Shown in pieces: positions 62,101-64,000 of a stretch of 64,000 nt of DNA (its first letter is position 1; every line of letters begins with the position of its first letter). The stretch lies in assembly GCA_973895155.1 (NCBI GenBank), contig OZ316898.1, positions 6,621,079-6,685,078 of the forward strand. Direction: 5' to 3'. The position numbers and the translations under genes are program-made. The notes beneath the pieces are model-generated. The model saw nothing but the letters and a program-made list of their open reading frames with translations, searched no databases and was not told the origin of the DNA. The stretch comes from Marsupella aquatica. Lineage: Eukaryota; Plantae; Marchantiophyta.

Positions 62101-64000
62101 AGGCTTGAGATGTAGGCAATGTCATCCTCAAATGCTCTAAGGACACTTGCCTCCAAGATATCTTTTCTCCCAAAAAGGAGGTCTTTAAAAAGACTTGTCG
62201 AGTCTGGCCCCTCCACAAGTGATTTGATCATTGGATTTGGGTTTTCCAACATCCTTAGTATTGAATCAATTAACCCAATAGTGATGTTGACATCACCTGG
62301 CCACACTCCAACATGATATTGGGCTATGGCCTTGGGACCATGACCATGAGTAAGGATACCACTCAGTGACAGTAATTGGGAACTTTTGGGCACCATCCAC
62401 ATGCTTAGGATTGAAGGGCATTCAGATTGGGAGAGCTGTCTTTGAATGATCCATCTTATCATGAATAAGGCATAACACTTCCTTGGGACGATGGATGGAC
62501 TCATATCTCCAGGTATGATAACACATTCTTTGCTGTGTGTGGTCTTGGTGATGTTCCTCCTCGTCACGCCTTAGGCCCTCTAACTCTTCCTTAGCTCCTG
62601 TAAGGTTTGCTTTCCGTTGAAGCAACTCACTACAAGTTGTACACTTTGAAAAGTTGTTGCCCTTTTTGTGACGCGAGAACTCCCTGAAATACATCTGATG
62701 TAGATGACTCAAGGTGGGTTGGGAAATTGGAGGAAGACCAGCCTCCTTGTTGACAACATTAACCCTGTTTCTAATATTCTCCCAAGTAAGATTCGTTGGC
62801 AATTCCCTCAAAACCATCCTTGTATTATCTGCCATGGTTCTCAACTTGGCTGGATGATGATCAGCTGCCTCCTCAATAATCTCTTTCATTGACATGAATG
62901 CTTGAGATACTTTCTCGGACATACGCCTTTTTCCAACATTACCATGGGTACCTATGTTCATTCCAGCCATCACAGTCTTCTTCAAGGCATAAAATTGAGT
63001 CTTTCCTCTTGAATGAATGATTCTCCATGCCTCCAAGCACAATACTTTGCCCTCCACTGCTAGAATCCTTTCTCCAGTACCCAAGTGTATTGTATTTTTA
63101 ATAGCCTTGATTTCCTCCTCCTTGCGCTCCGCAAACGATTTTGACCACCACTTTTGCCTAATTGCCATAGCCAAGTTGCGGTCCAAATATTGGCAACAAT
63201 GTTCACTACAACAGTCCTTAGTGTTTATCAACAACACATCTTGACGTGCCAAAGATGTGTCTCTTCTAGATGTCTGGGAAGATGGACTCTTTCTTTTCCT
63301 ACTTTTATGGACGTAGGACCGCTTGCCACTTGTTGGAGATGTGTTCCCTCCCACAGCTTGCTTGATGTTGTGGAAAGACAACAAGTTGCCATCCTTGGCA
63401 ATGAGTTGGTCCATCGACCAAGCTTTTAAGCAATCTCTATGCTTCAGATGATCTATGGTAGCTCCCTCTACAAAATCGTTGATCAGAATTCCCACATGTG
63501 TATTCCCAAGGGTGACATCCCCAAGCTTCACTATAGGATCTAGAACATGTATAGTTGCCACTGCAAAAATCAACTTGTTCTCATCCACCACCTTTACAGG
63601 CATGCCCATCCACAAGGCCTTTGGTAAAACTACTTCCACACCAGACCGACTCTCATTATGGTTGTTCCCATCAGAATTTTGATTGACTGGATCTTGATCA
63701 TCACCAACATTGCCAAACACATCCTCCGATTCCATGGGAGCTCGAAAAAGCTGATTCCTTTCCCATACAAGGTAACCCCCAATCATGTCCTTCAAAAGTT
63801 CGCCATCTTCGCATAGAATGGCCTCGTCAAAAACTTCCTCCAATAGAAGAAGAACTTTGTCCGCCCCAAGAGGAACATTGTGACAAACCCTGGAAGGATC
63901 AAGACTTATCACGCGACCTTTTCCAACCTGTTTCTCATGTATGCCTATAATAACTTGTCTGCCTTCCCTGATCCAGACTGTCGATGTCACCATAATAATT
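59197..64000 (-). mobile_element. Sola-like (DUF7869-type) DDD DNA transposon, pseudogenised; continues beyond the window
   Basis: Motifs IHDKMDHSKT, GILTHGHG, LQLDNCASDNKN and VGHTHEDVDGMFG, with Cys-rich CCSEHC and CTTC. Stops at 62422 and 60804, a frameshift at about 62370 and an intron at about 61940-62097. The left junction coincides with the end of the segmental duplication after AAAT. Confidence 0.7.
59676..59801. repeat. Tandem duplication, ~69-bp unit x2
   Basis: AGGATGAACACGCTCGT..GCAAAATATTTCTCAAGCAACAAGCATT(G/A)TATGCATCGA occurs twice. Confidence 0.85.

Overview
Eukaryotic land-plant genomic DNA with GT-AG introns and TTTAGGG telomere motifs; the TE and gene content suggests a non-seed plant such as a bryophyte (inference). 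Left half: the 3' end of an unknown spliced gene converges on a decayed Mutator/MuDR transposase across a higher-order tandem array. Next come intronless-CDS ERD2 and RPS10 genes, a small spliced orphan gene, a deleted Bianca-type Copia element and a Copia LTR/gag remnant. Centre: a 10-exon sphingosine kinase gene. Right half: a rearranged cluster of three minus-strand TORNADO1-like LRR-Roc-COR (Roco) copies. One is an intact ~1850-aa ORF, one is a pseudogene interrupted by a complete Ty1/Copia element (TSD GTAAT, half-tRNA-Met PBS), and one is a recent truncated 3.8-kb duplicate. These are interleaved with an inverted partial duplicate of the sphingosine kinase gene, and a decayed Sola-like DDD transposon occupies the right end. 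The best candidate for an undescribed system is the birth-and-death LRR-Roco cluster, which evolves like an NLR immune locus. All family assignments come from motif recognition by eye; no searches were run.
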